Positions 55,427 through 64,000 of a stretch of DNA of 64,000 bases are shown in pieces. The position numbers were made by a program, and so were the translations under genes. Where the stretch lies: the NCBI GenBank assembly GCA_046726415.1, contig JBKPAK010000024.1, forward strand, positions 23,605 to 87,604, read 5' to 3'. This stretch comes from Candidatus Methylomirabilota bacterium (GTDB taxonomy: Bacteria > Methylomirabilota > Methylomirabilia > Rokubacteriales > CSP1-6). A model generated the notes under the pieces. The model had not been told where the DNA came from and searched no databases. It saw only the letters and a list, made by a program, of their open reading frames with translations. Within the stretch, counting starts at the first letter, position 1. The number at the start of each line of letters is the position of its first letter.

Positions 55427-56299
55427 TCAGTCGAGGTCGATCTCCAGGCTGAAATCCACGGCCCGCGCCGAGTGCGTCAGCGCGCCGGACGAGATCAGAT
55501 CGACCCCGGTCTCCGCGCGCTCTCGCACCGTCTCGAGCGTGACGTTGCCGGAACACTCGGTCAGGGTCCGGCCGCCGATCTGGCGGACCGCCTCGCGCAT
55601 CTCGTCGTTGGACATGTTGTCGAGCAGGATGATGTCGGCCCCGCCGGCGAGGGCCGCGTCGATCTGCTTGAGGGAGGTCACCTCGACCTCGACCTTCATC
55701 GTGTGGGGCACGCGCTGCTTGATGGCGTGTACGGCCTCGGCCAGATCGAAGCCCCGGCTGCGCAGGGCCGCCAGGTGGTTGTCCTTCAGCAGCACGGCGT
55801 CGGCGAGGTTGAAGCGATGGTTGTGGCCGCCCCCCACGCGGACCGCGTACTTCTCGAGTAGCCGCAGCCCTGGGGTCGTCTTGCGAGTGTCGATCAGCTT
55901 GGTGGGAAGACCGCGCAGACGCGCGACGAACGCCGCCGTGGCGGTGGCCACGCCGCTCAGGCGCTGGACGAAGTTCAAGGCAGTCCGCTCGGCCGTCAAC
56001 AGCGCGCGCGTCGGCCCCTCGATGCGCGCGGCGACGACGCCCTTGCGCAGGGCCGAGCCATCGGGCCACAGGAGGTCGACGGTGACCTCCCGATCCACCA
56101 TGGTGAGCGTCTCGGCAAACACCAGGCCCCCGCAGAGCACTCCATCCTGCTTGGCGAGCAGGACGGCCCGAGACCGCTGATCGGCGGGAACGCTGTTGTC
56201 GGTCGTCACATCGCCCCAGCCGATGTCCTCATCGAGCGCGCGCTGGATGATCGCCCTGACTTCTCGCAGCGGCGGGTGAACGTAGCCCAGGTCACTCAT
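55427..56299 (-). CDS. nadC: Nicotinate-nucleotide pyrophosphorylase (carboxylating)
   Basis: DTRKTTPG, NHRF, LKDNH, EVEV, LLDNM, GALTHS. Confidence 0.96.
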   Translation of the reverse strand: MSDLGYVHPPLREVRAIIQRALDEDIGWGDVTTDNSVPADQRSRAVLLAKQDGVLCGGLVFAETLTMVDREVTVDLLWPDGSALRKGVVAARIEGPTRALLTAERTALNFVQRLSGVATATAAFVARLRGLPTKLIDTRKTTPGLRLLEKYAVRVGGGHNHRFNLADAVLLKDNHLAALRSRGFDLAEAVHAIKQRVPHTMKVEVEVTSLKQIDAALAGGADIILLDNMSNDEMREAVRQIGGRTLTECSGNVTLETVRERAETGVDLISSGALTHSARAVDFSLEIDLD

Positions 56300-57876
56300 G
56301 CAGGCACCTCCACCTCCACACACGCGGACGTGGCCGGGCCGACGGGCAGGGGAAAGAGCGCGGGGTAAGGTGCGAGGACCAACAGCTGGCGACGGCGCCA
56401 CTCGGGCCGAGGCCCGGGGAAATCGAGTCGGTAGTGCGCCCCGCGGGATTCCTCACGGCGCAGCGCGGCCTCGACCATCACCCACCCCACCAGCGCCAGG
56501 TTGGCGGTCTCGACGTCGCCGACCGCCCGCGCGCCGGCCCAGGTTTCGAGTGCGGCGCGCGAGCGCTCGAGGCCCGCCTCGCAGCGGCGGATTCCGACGT
56601 TGTCCCACATGAGCGTCTGCATGACCTCGCGGACGGGTCGAGACGCCTTCGCCTGGTTGCACAGCGAGAGTTGTTCGACGCCAGAGAGCGCTGGATGGCG
56701 AGGATTGAGTGCGGAACGACTCATCAAGGCCTGGGCGACGCGAGCCCCGAAGACGACTCCCTCGAGGAGGGAGTTGCTGGCCAGCCGGTTGGCGCCGTGG
56801 ACCCCGGTGCTGGCGGTTTCGCCACACGCGAAGAGGCCAGGAACCGAGGTTCTCCCCCAGGAATCGGTCCAGACGCCGCCCATCATATAGTGCGCCGCGG
56901 GAGACACTGGAATCGGCGACCGCTCCGGATCGCATCCCTGGCTCCGGCAGTAGGCCTGGATCGTCGGAAAACGGGAGGCAAACTCACCCGGCGGGAAATG
57001 GGTGGCGTCGAGCCAGACATTGGGGAGCCCGTGGCGCTCCATCTCCTGCACGATGCTGCGGGCCACGACGTCGCGCGGAGCCAACTCCGCCCGCTGATCG
57101 TAGCGGACCATGAAAGCCTCGCCGCGGTGATTGCGCAGCACCGCCCCGCGGCCGCGCACCGCCTCCGAGATGAGAAAGCGCCGGGCCCCAGGGGCGGCGA
57201 AGGCGGTGGGGTGGAACTGGAAGAACTCGAGATCGGCGACCACCGCCCCGGCGCGCAGCCCGAGCGCGACGCCATCGCCCGTCGAAACGATGGGATTGGT
57301 GGTGCGAGCGAACAGTTGACCGGCCCCCCCGGCGGCCAGCACTACCGCCTCGGCGGCCACCGCTTCTCCTCCGAGCACCCTGACCCCGCGGCACTCGCCA
57401 GCGTCCATGATCAGGTGAGAGATGAAGGTGCGGTCCCGCACCTCGATGCCCAGCTCTCGAACGGCTCGTGCCAGGGCCAGCTCGATGTGCCGGCCGGTGG
57501 CGTCGCCGCCCGCGTGGAGCACGCGGGCCATGCTGTGGGCGCCTTCGCGCGCGTAGGCCCACCGCCCGTTCTCGGTGTCGAAGCGGACGCCGAACCGAAC
57601 GAGATCGGCCACTCTGTCGGAGGCTTGACCCACGAGCACGCGCACCGCCTCCGGATCGCACAGCTCGGCGCCGGCCTCGATCGTGTCCGCCCCGTGAAGT
57701 TCCCAGGAATCGCTGTCGTCGACGGCGGCGGCGATCCCACCTTGAGCGTAGCGGGTGGCGCTCTCTTCAAGGGCCGCCTTGGTGATGATCAACACGTCCC
57801 GTACGCCACGCTGATACGCGCTGAGCGCCGTGAACAGTCCGGCGATCCCGCTTCCCACCACGATCAGATCGGGCAC
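56296..57876 (-). CDS. nadB: L-aspartate oxidase
   Basis: GSGIAGL, AQGGIAA, EGAHS, QFHPT, SEAVRG, HYMMGG, HGANRLASNSL. Confidence 0.95.
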   Translation of the reverse strand: MPDLIVVGSGIAGLFTALSAYQRGVRDVLIITKAALEESATRYAQGGIAAAVDDSDSWELHGADTIEAGAELCDPEAVRVLVGQASDRVADLVRFGVRFDTENGRWAYAREGAHSMARVLHAGGDATGRHIELALARAVRELGIEVRDRTFISHLIMDAGECRGVRVLGGEAVAAEAVVLAAGGAGQLFARTTNPIVSTGDGVALGLRAGAVVADLEFFQFHPTAFAAPGARRFLISEAVRGRGAVLRNHRGEAFMVRYDQRAELAPRDVVARSIVQEMERHGLPNVWLDATHFPPGEFASRFPTIQAYCRSQGCDPERSPIPVSPAAHYMMGGVWTDSWGRTSVPGLFACGETASTGVHGANRLASNSLLEGVVFGARVAQALMSRSALNPRHPALSGVEQLSLCNQAKASRPVREVMQTLMWDNVGIRRCEAGLERSRAALETWAGARAVGDVETANLALVGWVMVEAALRREESRGAHYRLDFPGPRPEWRRRQLLVLAPYPALFPLPVGPATSACVEVEVPA

Positions 57877-57888
57877 GGTGATTCTCCT

Positions 57889-59187
57889 CTACCCCGGCGC
57901 CATCGCGGGCTGGCTCACGTGGCCCGGGAGCGAGAGCATGCGGTCCAGCGCCACTCTGGCCGCGGCCTTCACGCCATCCGCCACGACGATCTCGTTCAGC
58001 ACCTGCCCATCGACCAGGGCTTCCAGCACCCACGCCAAGTACGCCGGGTGGATTCGATACATCGTCGAACAGGGGCAGATGACGGGATCGAGACAGAAGA
58101 TCAGCTTGTCTGGCTGCTCGGCGGCCAGTCGGTTGACCATGTTGATCTCTGTCCCGACCGCCCACTGGCTTCCCGGCGAAGCTGACGAGATCGTCTCGAG
58201 GATGAACTCGGTCGACCCGTCAAGATCGGCGGCCTCGACCACTTCTCGGCGGCATTCGGGGTGCACGATCACGTTGATGCCCGGATAGTCGCGGCGCGCC
58301 TGCTCGATCTGGGCTACCGAGAAGCGGGCGTGCACCGAACACCAGCCGCGCCACAGGATCAAACGAGCCCGATGCAGGGCTTCGAGGGCGTTGCCTCCGA
58401 GCGGCCGCCGCGGATCCCAGCGGACCATGGCATCGTCGGGAATGCCGAGCTTGACGCCGGTATTGCGCCCCAGGTGCTCGTCGGGGAAGAACAGGATGCG
58501 CTCGCCTCGCTCGAAGGCCCATTGCAGCACCCGGGTCGCGTTCGACGACGTGCACACCACGCCGCCCCGCTCGCCGCAGAACGCTTTGAGAGCAGCCGAC
58601 GAATTCATGTAGGTGACGGGGATGACCCGGTTCACCTGAGGCCCCAGCGCCTCACCCAGTTGCTTCCAGCAGGACAGCACCTGGACCTCGTTGGCCATAT
58701 CGGCCATCGAGCAGCCGGCGGCCAGGTTGGGCAGAACCACGCGCTGGCGATCGCTGGCCAGGATGTCGGCGCTCTCCGCCATGAAGTGCACGCCGCAGAA
58801 GACGATGTAGTCGGCCTCCTTGCGGCCGGCGGCCTGCTGGGAGAGTTTGAAGGAGTCTCCCCGGAAGTCAGCCCAACGGATGATCTCGTCGCGCTGATAG
58901 TGGTGACCCAGAATCACCAACCGCGCACCGAGTGCCGCCTTGGCTGCCGCGATGCGACGCTCCAACTCCTCCGCGGGCATGTCGCGATAGCGCTCGGGAA
59001 TCTCGGTTTGCACCGGAGCCGACTCGGGGATCGCGTCCCACTGACTGGCCCCCGCCCCATAGACGGGCAAACGAGCCTTGTCGGGCGGGGCATCGTAGGC
59101 CCACGGGTCCCATGTGAGCTCGCTACTGCAAAGCCGGGTGACCGGTGCGGTCTTGACCTGCGCGTTGATCGAAGCAGTCGTCGGCAT
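57889..59187 (-). CDS. nadA: Quinolinate synthase (long type)
   Basis: GHHYQR, CGVHFMAE, AGCSMADM, CTSSNA, CSVH, HPEC, CSTM. Confidence 0.95.
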   Translation of the reverse strand: MPTTASINAQVKTAPVTRLCSSELTWDPWAYDAPPDKARLPVYGAGASQWDAIPESAPVQTEIPERYRDMPAEELERRIAAAKAALGARLVILGHHYQRDEIIRWADFRGDSFKLSQQAAGRKEADYIVFCGVHFMAESADILASDRQRVVLPNLAAGCSMADMANEVQVLSCWKQLGEALGPQVNRVIPVTYMNSSAALKAFCGERGGVVCTSSNATRVLQWAFERGERILFFPDEHLGRNTGVKLGIPDDAMVRWDPRRPLGGNALEALHRARLILWRGWCSVHARFSVAQIEQARRDYPGINVIVHPECRREVVEAADLDGSTEFILETISSASPGSQWAVGTEINMVNRLAAEQPDKLIFCLDPVICPCSTMYRIHPAYLAWVLEALVDGQVLNEIVVADGVKAAARVALDRMLSLPGHVSQPAMAPG

Positions 59188-59232
59188 GCGTTATCCCTCC
59201 GAACCCTCGGGGCTGCTCTCATGATGACGGCT

Positions 59233-59255
59233 GTAAAGGTGCATCCGACCTTTAC
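59233..59255. promoter_or_regulatory. NrtR operator upstream of nadA
   Basis: GTAAAGGT-GCATCCG-ACCTTTAC, perfect palindrome with GT-N7-AC core. Confidence 0.75.
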
Positions 59256-59291
59256 TTGGGTTGATGAGAGGTCGGGTCATTCTCGGTGGCC

Positions 59292-60089
59292 CTAGGAAGT
59301 GACCGACGTCCTGTCGGGGAAGTCGGGGCTGGACCTCAGCGCGCGCCGAGGTCGCATGGTCTTGATGAGGTTGACCGGGTCTTCGGCGCAGCGGTAGACC
59401 GCTGGCGGCCGATGGCGACCGCCCGCCACAAAGCTCCCGGTAGGCACGATGGTACCGGTGGCCTCGACCCGACGCCGGAAGTTCGTGGGATCGATCCGGC
59501 GCCCGAGAATCACCTCGTAGACGGCGCGGAGCTGCGCCATGGTGAAGTGCGGCGGGAGGAACTGGAAGGCCACATGGGCGTACTCCACCTTGTTGCGCAG
59601 GCGCTGGAGCGCATAGTGGAGAATCTCGTCGTTGTCGAACGCGAACTCTCCCGGCAGGTCATCCACTGGGAACCAGGCCGCTTCCATCGTCTTGCGACCC
59701 GGCGCGATCTCGGTATGGTCGGTGCGGACGAGCGCGTAGTAGGCGACCACCGCTGCCTCCATCTGACGCGAGGGATCGCACAGCTCGAAGGTGTAGAGCT
59801 GCTCCAAGTAGGAGGCGCGCAGGGCAGTCTTCTCGGCCAGCTGGCGCCAGGCGGCCTCATCGAGCGCCTCGTCTCCCCAGAGCTTGCCGCCAGGGAGCGA
59901 CCAGTAGCCCGCGAACGGCTCGACCGCCCGCCGGACGAGCAAGACCTGAAGCCGAGGTCGGCCCGCGGCGTCGGGCCGAATACTCAGGATGACGACCGCT
60001 ACCACGACGGACGCCTGGACACCGGCGGACACCTGGAGACTTGGCGTCTGCACCGCATTCAGGTTGACCGAATCCGCTTGAGCCGTCAT
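59292..60089 (-). CDS. nrtR: NrtR Nudix-related transcriptional regulator
   Basis: WSLPGG, degenerate Nudix box (RQLAEKT), YLEQLYTF, AFD, wHTH FTMAQL...NFRR...HRPP. Confidence 0.88.
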   Translation of the reverse strand: MTAQADSVNLNAVQTPSLQVSAGVQASVVVAVVILSIRPDAAGRPRLQVLLVRRAVEPFAGYWSLPGGKLWGDEALDEAAWRQLAEKTALRASYLEQLYTFELCDPSRQMEAAVVAYYALVRTDHTEIAPGRKTMEAAWFPVDDLPGEFAFDNDEILHYALQRLRNKVEYAHVAFQFLPPHFTMAQLRAVYEVILGRRIDPTNFRRRVEATGTIVPTGSFVAGGRHRPPAVYRCAEDPVNLIKTMRPRRALRSSPDFPDRTSVTS

Positions 60090-60096
60090 CGTCGAC

Positions 60097-60117
60097 TTAG
60101 GGTCAATGCAACCATAA
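60097..60117. promoter_or_regulatory. NrtR operator upstream of nrtR
   Basis: TTAGGGT-CAATGCA-ACCATAA, GT-N7-AC core with one mismatch. Confidence 0.7.
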
Positions 60118-60197
60118 CAAGCGGGCGAGTGCAAGCCCTGGTCAGAGAGCACAAGCCGCTTGAATCCGCAGAGAAGGCGCGGCATGCTATGGCCCTC

Positions 60198-60248
60198 ATG
60201 CGCCAACCCGCGCTGATACGTCAAAGCTGGTGGTGGCCGCCGGAATAG
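60198..60248 (+). CDS. trpL: trp leader peptide (MRQPALIRQSWWWPPE; alternative ATG 60189)
   Basis: Three tandem TGG codons at 60228-60236 directly upstream of trpE(G). Confidence 0.85.
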   Translation: MRQPALIRQSWWWPPE

Positions 60249-60350
60249 GCGGCGCCACGGACAAAACTGATCCGGGAGCCGCCTCACCCGAGGCGGCTCC
60301 GAGCTTTCCGGGACCGCCGCCTCGGACGGAGGCCGCGGTCCTTGCGTTTT
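60230..60350 (+). terminator. trp attenuator with alternative hairpins and terminator
   Basis: Stems at ~60233-60258, 60275-60300 (perfect 11 bp) and 60311-60341, followed by TTGCGTTTT. Confidence 0.75.
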
Positions 60351-60384
60351 CGGGCCCGGCTCCCACAATCGACAGGAGGGCCCC

Positions 60385-62559
60385 GTGAGCGCACACCGGT
60401 ACGTCACCCGCGGCGGTATCACCATCCATCGCACCATCGAAGACATTGCCGTCGACGGCGCGATCGAGCCAGTCGTCGACGCCCTCGACGCGCAGCGCGG
60501 CGTCCTGTTGGCCTCGAGCTACGAGTATCCGGGTCGCTACACGCGTTGGGACATGGGGTTCGTCGATCCGCCCCTGGCGCTGGTCGCGCGCGACCGCCAG
60601 GTTCGGCTGACGGCGCTCAACGAGCGCGGACGGATGATGCTCCCCGCACTCGACGCGGCCTTGCGCACGCTCGGTGTCGTGACCTGGCGCTCGACTCCGG
60701 AGGGCGATCTCGAAGGCGTGGTCGCGGCGCCGTCGCTGCGCTTTGCCGAAGAAGAACGGAGCAAGCAGCCCTCCGTCTTCACCGTCCTGCGCGCGTTGAT
60801 CGACCTGTTCGCGAGCCCCGACGATCCGCACCTCGGTTTCTATGGCGCCTTCGGCTACGACCTCGCCTTTCAGTTCGAGCCGATTCGGCTGGCTCGCCCG
60901 CGGCCGATCGACCAGCGCGACCTCGTCCTCTACCTGCCGGACGAGCTGACCATCGTCGACCACCGGCGCGAGCGGGCCGTGCGCCAGCGCTACGAGTTCG
61001 AGGTCGGCGACCGCAGAACCATTGGCCTGCCGCGCGCTGGCACCGCCCGACCGTACGCCGGAGCCGCGCGGGTCGACCGCCAGGGCGATCACGCTCCCGG
61101 AGAGTACGCGGATCGCGTGCGACTCGCGCGCGAAAGTTTCCGGCGGGGCGATCTCTTCGAAGTCGTTCCCGGCCAGATGTTCTTCGAGCCATGCCCGGTG
61201 TCCCCCTCCGAAGTCTTCCGGCGTTTGCGCGATCGGAACCCGGCACCGTATGGCTTTCTTATCAACCTCGGCGAGGCGGAGTATCTCGTGGGCGCCTCAC
61301 CCGAGATGTACGTGCGCGTGGACGGCGATCGCGTGGAGACGTGCCCCATTTCCGGCACCATCGCCCGGGGCCAGGACCCGCTCAGCGACGCGGCCCAGAT
61401 CCAAGTGCTGCTCAATTCGACCAAGGACGAGTCCGAGCTGACGATGTGCACTGACGTCGATCGCAACGACAAGTCGCGCATTTGCAAGCCTGGCAGCGTT
61501 CGGGTCATCGGGCGCCGCCAGATCGAGATGTACTCTCGGGTGATCCACACCGTCGACCACGTGGAAGGCCACCTGCGGGAGGGCTTCGACGCCCTCGACG
61601 CCTTCCTGGCCCACACCTGGGCGGTCACCGTGACCGGGGCTCCCAAGGCGTGGGCGATGCAATTCATCGAGGACCATGAGAAGTCGTCGCGGGCCTGGTA
61701 TGGCGGGGCCGTGGGGCTGTTGGGCTTCGACGGCAACATGAACACCGGGCTGACCTTGCGGACGATTCGCGTGAAGGACGGCGTGGCCGAGGTCCGCGCC
61801 GGCGCCACTCTGCTCTACGACTCCGATCCCGACGAAGAAGAGCGCGAGACGCGCATCAAGGCCGCCGCCTTCATCGACGCCATCCGGCGCCCGCGCGGCG
61901 CCGCGGCGGAGACGGTGCGCCAAGCCGCGCGTCCCGGTGAGGGCCGGCGCATCGTGCTCGTCGACCATCAGGACTCGTTCGTCCACACCCTCGCCAACTA
62001 CTTCCGCCAGACCGGCGCCGAGGTCGTCACCTTGCGGGCCGGCTTTCTCGCGACCGCGCTGGACGATCTGCGTCCCGACCTAGTCGTGCTCTCGCCTGGC
62101 CCGGGCCGTCCGCGCGATTTCGACGTGTCGGGCACGCTGACCGCCGTCCTCGAGCGCGGCCTGCCCGTGTTCGGCGTCTGCTTGGGGCTCCAGGGCATCG
62201 TCGAGCACTTCGGAGGCAATCTCGGGGTGCTCGCCGCGCCGGTGCACGGCAAGACCTCGCGCATCCGGGTCCTGGGCGGCCGTCTCTTCGAGGGGTTGCC
62301 CCGGGAGTTCCCGGCGGGCCGCTATCACTCGCTCTTCGCGCGCATCGAAACGCTTCCGGCCGCGCTGCGGGTGACCGCGGAGACGGACGACGGCGTGGTC
62401 ATGGCCGTGGAACACACCGAGCTCCCTCTGGAGGCCGTGCAGTTCCACCCGGAATCCATCATGACCCTCGGCGAAGAGATCGGCATCCGACTGATCCGCA
62501 ACGCCGTGACCAACGCGATGGGTTCGAGAGCAACGACGGTGCCGGCGGCGCATTCCTGA
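60385..62559 (+). CDS. trpE: Fused anthranilate synthase TrpE(G)
   Basis: SSYEYPGRY, GAFGYD, NPAPY, GASPE, TVTGAPK, AGATL; GATase DHQDSF, SPGPG, GVCLG, RYHS, QFHPES. Confidence 0.95.
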   Translation: MSAHRYVTRGGITIHRTIEDIAVDGAIEPVVDALDAQRGVLLASSYEYPGRYTRWDMGFVDPPLALVARDRQVRLTALNERGRMMLPALDAALRTLGVVTWRSTPEGDLEGVVAAPSLRFAEEERSKQPSVFTVLRALIDLFASPDDPHLGFYGAFGYDLAFQFEPIRLARPRPIDQRDLVLYLPDELTIVDHRRERAVRQRYEFEVGDRRTIGLPRAGTARPYAGAARVDRQGDHAPGEYADRVRLARESFRRGDLFEVVPGQMFFEPCPVSPSEVFRRLRDRNPAPYGFLINLGEAEYLVGASPEMYVRVDGDRVETCPISGTIARGQDPLSDAAQIQVLLNSTKDESELTMCTDVDRNDKSRICKPGSVRVIGRRQIEMYSRVIHTVDHVEGHLREGFDALDAFLAHTWAVTVTGAPKAWAMQFIEDHEKSSRAWYGGAVGLLGFDGNMNTGLTLRTIRVKDGVAEVRAGATLLYDSDPDEEERETRIKAAAFIDAIRRPRGAAAETVRQAARPGEGRRIVLVDHQDSFVHTLANYFRQTGAEVVTLRAGFLATALDDLRPDLVVLSPGPGRPRDFDVSGTLTAVLERGLPVFGVCLGLQGIVEHFGGNLGVLAAPVHGKTSRIRVLGGRLFEGLPREFPAGRYHSLFARIETLPAALRVTAETDDGVVMAVEHTELPLEAVQFHPESIMTLGEEIGIRLIRNAVTNAMGSRATTVPAAHS

Positions 62560-62638
62560 ACACCGAGCGCGCGCTCTCCCTGACATACTGCTCGTTGACC
62601 GCTGTCTGATCTCACGACCATGGGAGGATCGTGCCCCG

Positions 62639-63721
62639 ATGACCAGCTCCTCAAGTTCGGCGCGAGCCGGGCATCCCTACCACATGCACGACGCCATCTA
62701 CGCGCAGCCGGGAGCCCTGCGGCTGCTCGGCCGCGGCAATGCCGGCGCGCTCGAGGCGGCGGCGACACGCCTGCGCGGTTGCCATCGGCTGATCCTGGCC
62801 GGGGTGGGCAGCTCCTGGCACGCCGCGCAGGCCGCCGAGCGGCTCTTCGCCACGGCGGGCGCATTCGGTCATCGGGCTCGGGTGCACAACGCCTTCGAGC
62901 TGGCGTACGCGTGGCCTCTTCTCGACGCCGAGACGGGCCTCATCCTCGTGAGTCACCGCGCCACCAATCGGGCTACCCACGCGGCGCTGGCCCGCGCCAA
63001 GATCGCGGGCGCGCCAACGGTCGTCGTGGCCGGACGCGAGGCGGGCCCCCTCGACGGCGCCGAATATGTGCTGCGCACCGTGCCGGGCGAGCCTTCTCAG
63101 GCGCACACCGTGAGTTACACCTGCGCCATTGCGCTGCTGGCCATGCTGGCCTCGGCCATCGGCAACGACGAGGAAATCGCCCACAGCATCGACGCCATTC
63201 CCGATCAGCTGGCCCGGCTCCTCGGGCAAGAATCCTGGCCGGAGATGGCCGCGCGCTTTGCCGGGAAGCGCCGTTACTTCATCGTTGGCGCCGGCTCCGA
63301 CACGGCGACCGCCCTCGAGGCGGCACTCAAGATCAGCGAGACCGGCTACCTGGTCGCGAGCGGCTTCCAGTGTGACGAATTTCTCCACGGCGCCTGGGTG
63401 GCCATGGAGGCCGCGGATCTGCTCATCCTCGTCGCGCTTCCCGGGCCCGGCTACGACCGCTGTCTCGACGCCGCGCGCGCCGCGCGTGAGATCGGCACGC
63501 CGCTCCTGGCCCTGGTCGCCGAAGGCGACCGCCGCTTCGATGGGTTGGCCGCGGAGACCATCGAGATTCCCGAGGTCCACGAGTTGCTCGCACCGATCCT
63601 CACCGTGGTGCCCATTCAGCTCTTGACGTATCACTGGGCCCTCCGGCGCGGCGCCAATCCAGACGTCATGCGCGCGAACGAGCCGACCTACGCCCGCGCG
63701 CACGCCGCGCTCATCCGCTGA
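62639..63721 (+). CDS. Double-SIS sugar-phosphate isomerase/deaminase (GlmS isomerase domain/FrlB-like)
   Basis: HMHDAIYAQP, GVGSS, HTVSY, EAALKISE, EFLHG, PIQLL, NPD. Confidence 0.85.
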   Translation: MTSSSSSARAGHPYHMHDAIYAQPGALRLLGRGNAGALEAAATRLRGCHRLILAGVGSSWHAAQAAERLFATAGAFGHRARVHNAFELAYAWPLLDAETGLILVSHRATNRATHAALARAKIAGAPTVVVAGREAGPLDGAEYVLRTVPGEPSQAHTVSYTCAIALLAMLASAIGNDEEIAHSIDAIPDQLARLLGQESWPEMAARFAGKRRYFIVGAGSDTATALEAALKISETGYLVASGFQCDEFLHGAWVAMEAADLLILVALPGPGYDRCLDAARAAREIGTPLLALVAEGDRRFDGLAAETIEIPEVHELLAPILTVVPIQLLTYHWALRRGANPDVMRANEPTYARAHAALIR

Positions 63722-63729
63722 CCGCCGTC

Positions 63730-63864
63730 TCTGCCGGGGCGCTCCGAGCGTGGGGGGATTGGGGGCCCTCTCGGGGCCCAGAACCTGACGCGGATCCGAG
63801 GAGTGCCACCGCTGTGCCGGGGCGTCCGAGCGTGTGGGGATTGGGGGGCCATGTCGGGGCCCAT
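63730..63864 (-). repeat. Hairpin repeat family 1, tandem copies F and G
   Basis: Reverse complement: TGGGCCCCGA...GGCCCCC(C)AATCCCC.CACGCTCGG..GCCCCGGCA twice; copy G ends CTCCTCGGAT. Confidence 0.85.
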
Positions 63865-63882
63865 GTGGAGAATGACAACACC

Positions 63883-64000
63883 ATGGCGACAAGCGTGATG
63901 ATCGAGCGCGATGACGACGTTTTCGTGGTGACCATCAACCGACCCGAGGTCCGCAATGCGGTCGATGCCGCTACCGCCATGGCCCTGGCGGACGCTTTCC
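63883..64000 (+). CDS. Crotonase/enoyl-CoA hydratase family protein (partial)
   Basis: MATSVMIERDDDVFVVTINRPEVRNAVDAATAMALADAF. Confidence 0.85.
   Translation, partial: MATSVMIERDDDVFVVTINRPEVRNAVDAATAMALADAF

Noticed and set aside
59223-60090. 10-bp inverted repeat (GATGACGGCT/AGCCGTCATC) bracketing nrtR
   Set aside because: A single 10-mer is plausible by chance; no recombinase or target duplication is present.

Overview
GC-rich bacterial chromosome segment, densely coding. Gene content and the intergenic hairpin repeats suggest Candidatus Rokubacteria / Methylomirabilota; this is an unverified inference. Housekeeping content includes glnD, hisC, a tmk-holB-ricT-metG-...-tatD cluster, moaC, typA, two cyclophilins, murA, an nrtR-nadA-nadB-nadC-cysteine desulfurase operon and fused trpE(G). 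A ~16 kb molybdenum/tungsten island (about 21.6-38.0 kb) carries ModABC- and TupABC-type transporters, two HTH-only ModE-like regulators, a molbindin, TusA/DsrE sulfur carriers, a xanthine-oxidase-family Mo enzyme, and a convergent W-type aldehyde oxidoreductase with MoaD. Signals the ORF track misses: (1) an in-frame fusion of a CDP-alcohol phosphatidyltransferase to a signal-peptide-like segment and a TPR region at the left edge; (2) a WWW trp leader peptide with a three-hairpin attenuator; (3) two GT-N7-AC NrtR operators; (4) a palindromic operator in the tupA promoter; (5) an unexplained structured leader upstream of DUF465-moaC-acuC; (6) two families of dispersed hairpin repeats, one apparently supplying a gene N-terminus; (7) three internal-deletion gene remnants, including a TusA/MetE-like chimera; (8) a MoaD lacking its stop after the diglycine; (9) several probably leaderless genes. 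I recognised no rRNA, tRNA, CRISPR array, transposase or prophage. All calls come from motif recognition by eye; no searches were run.
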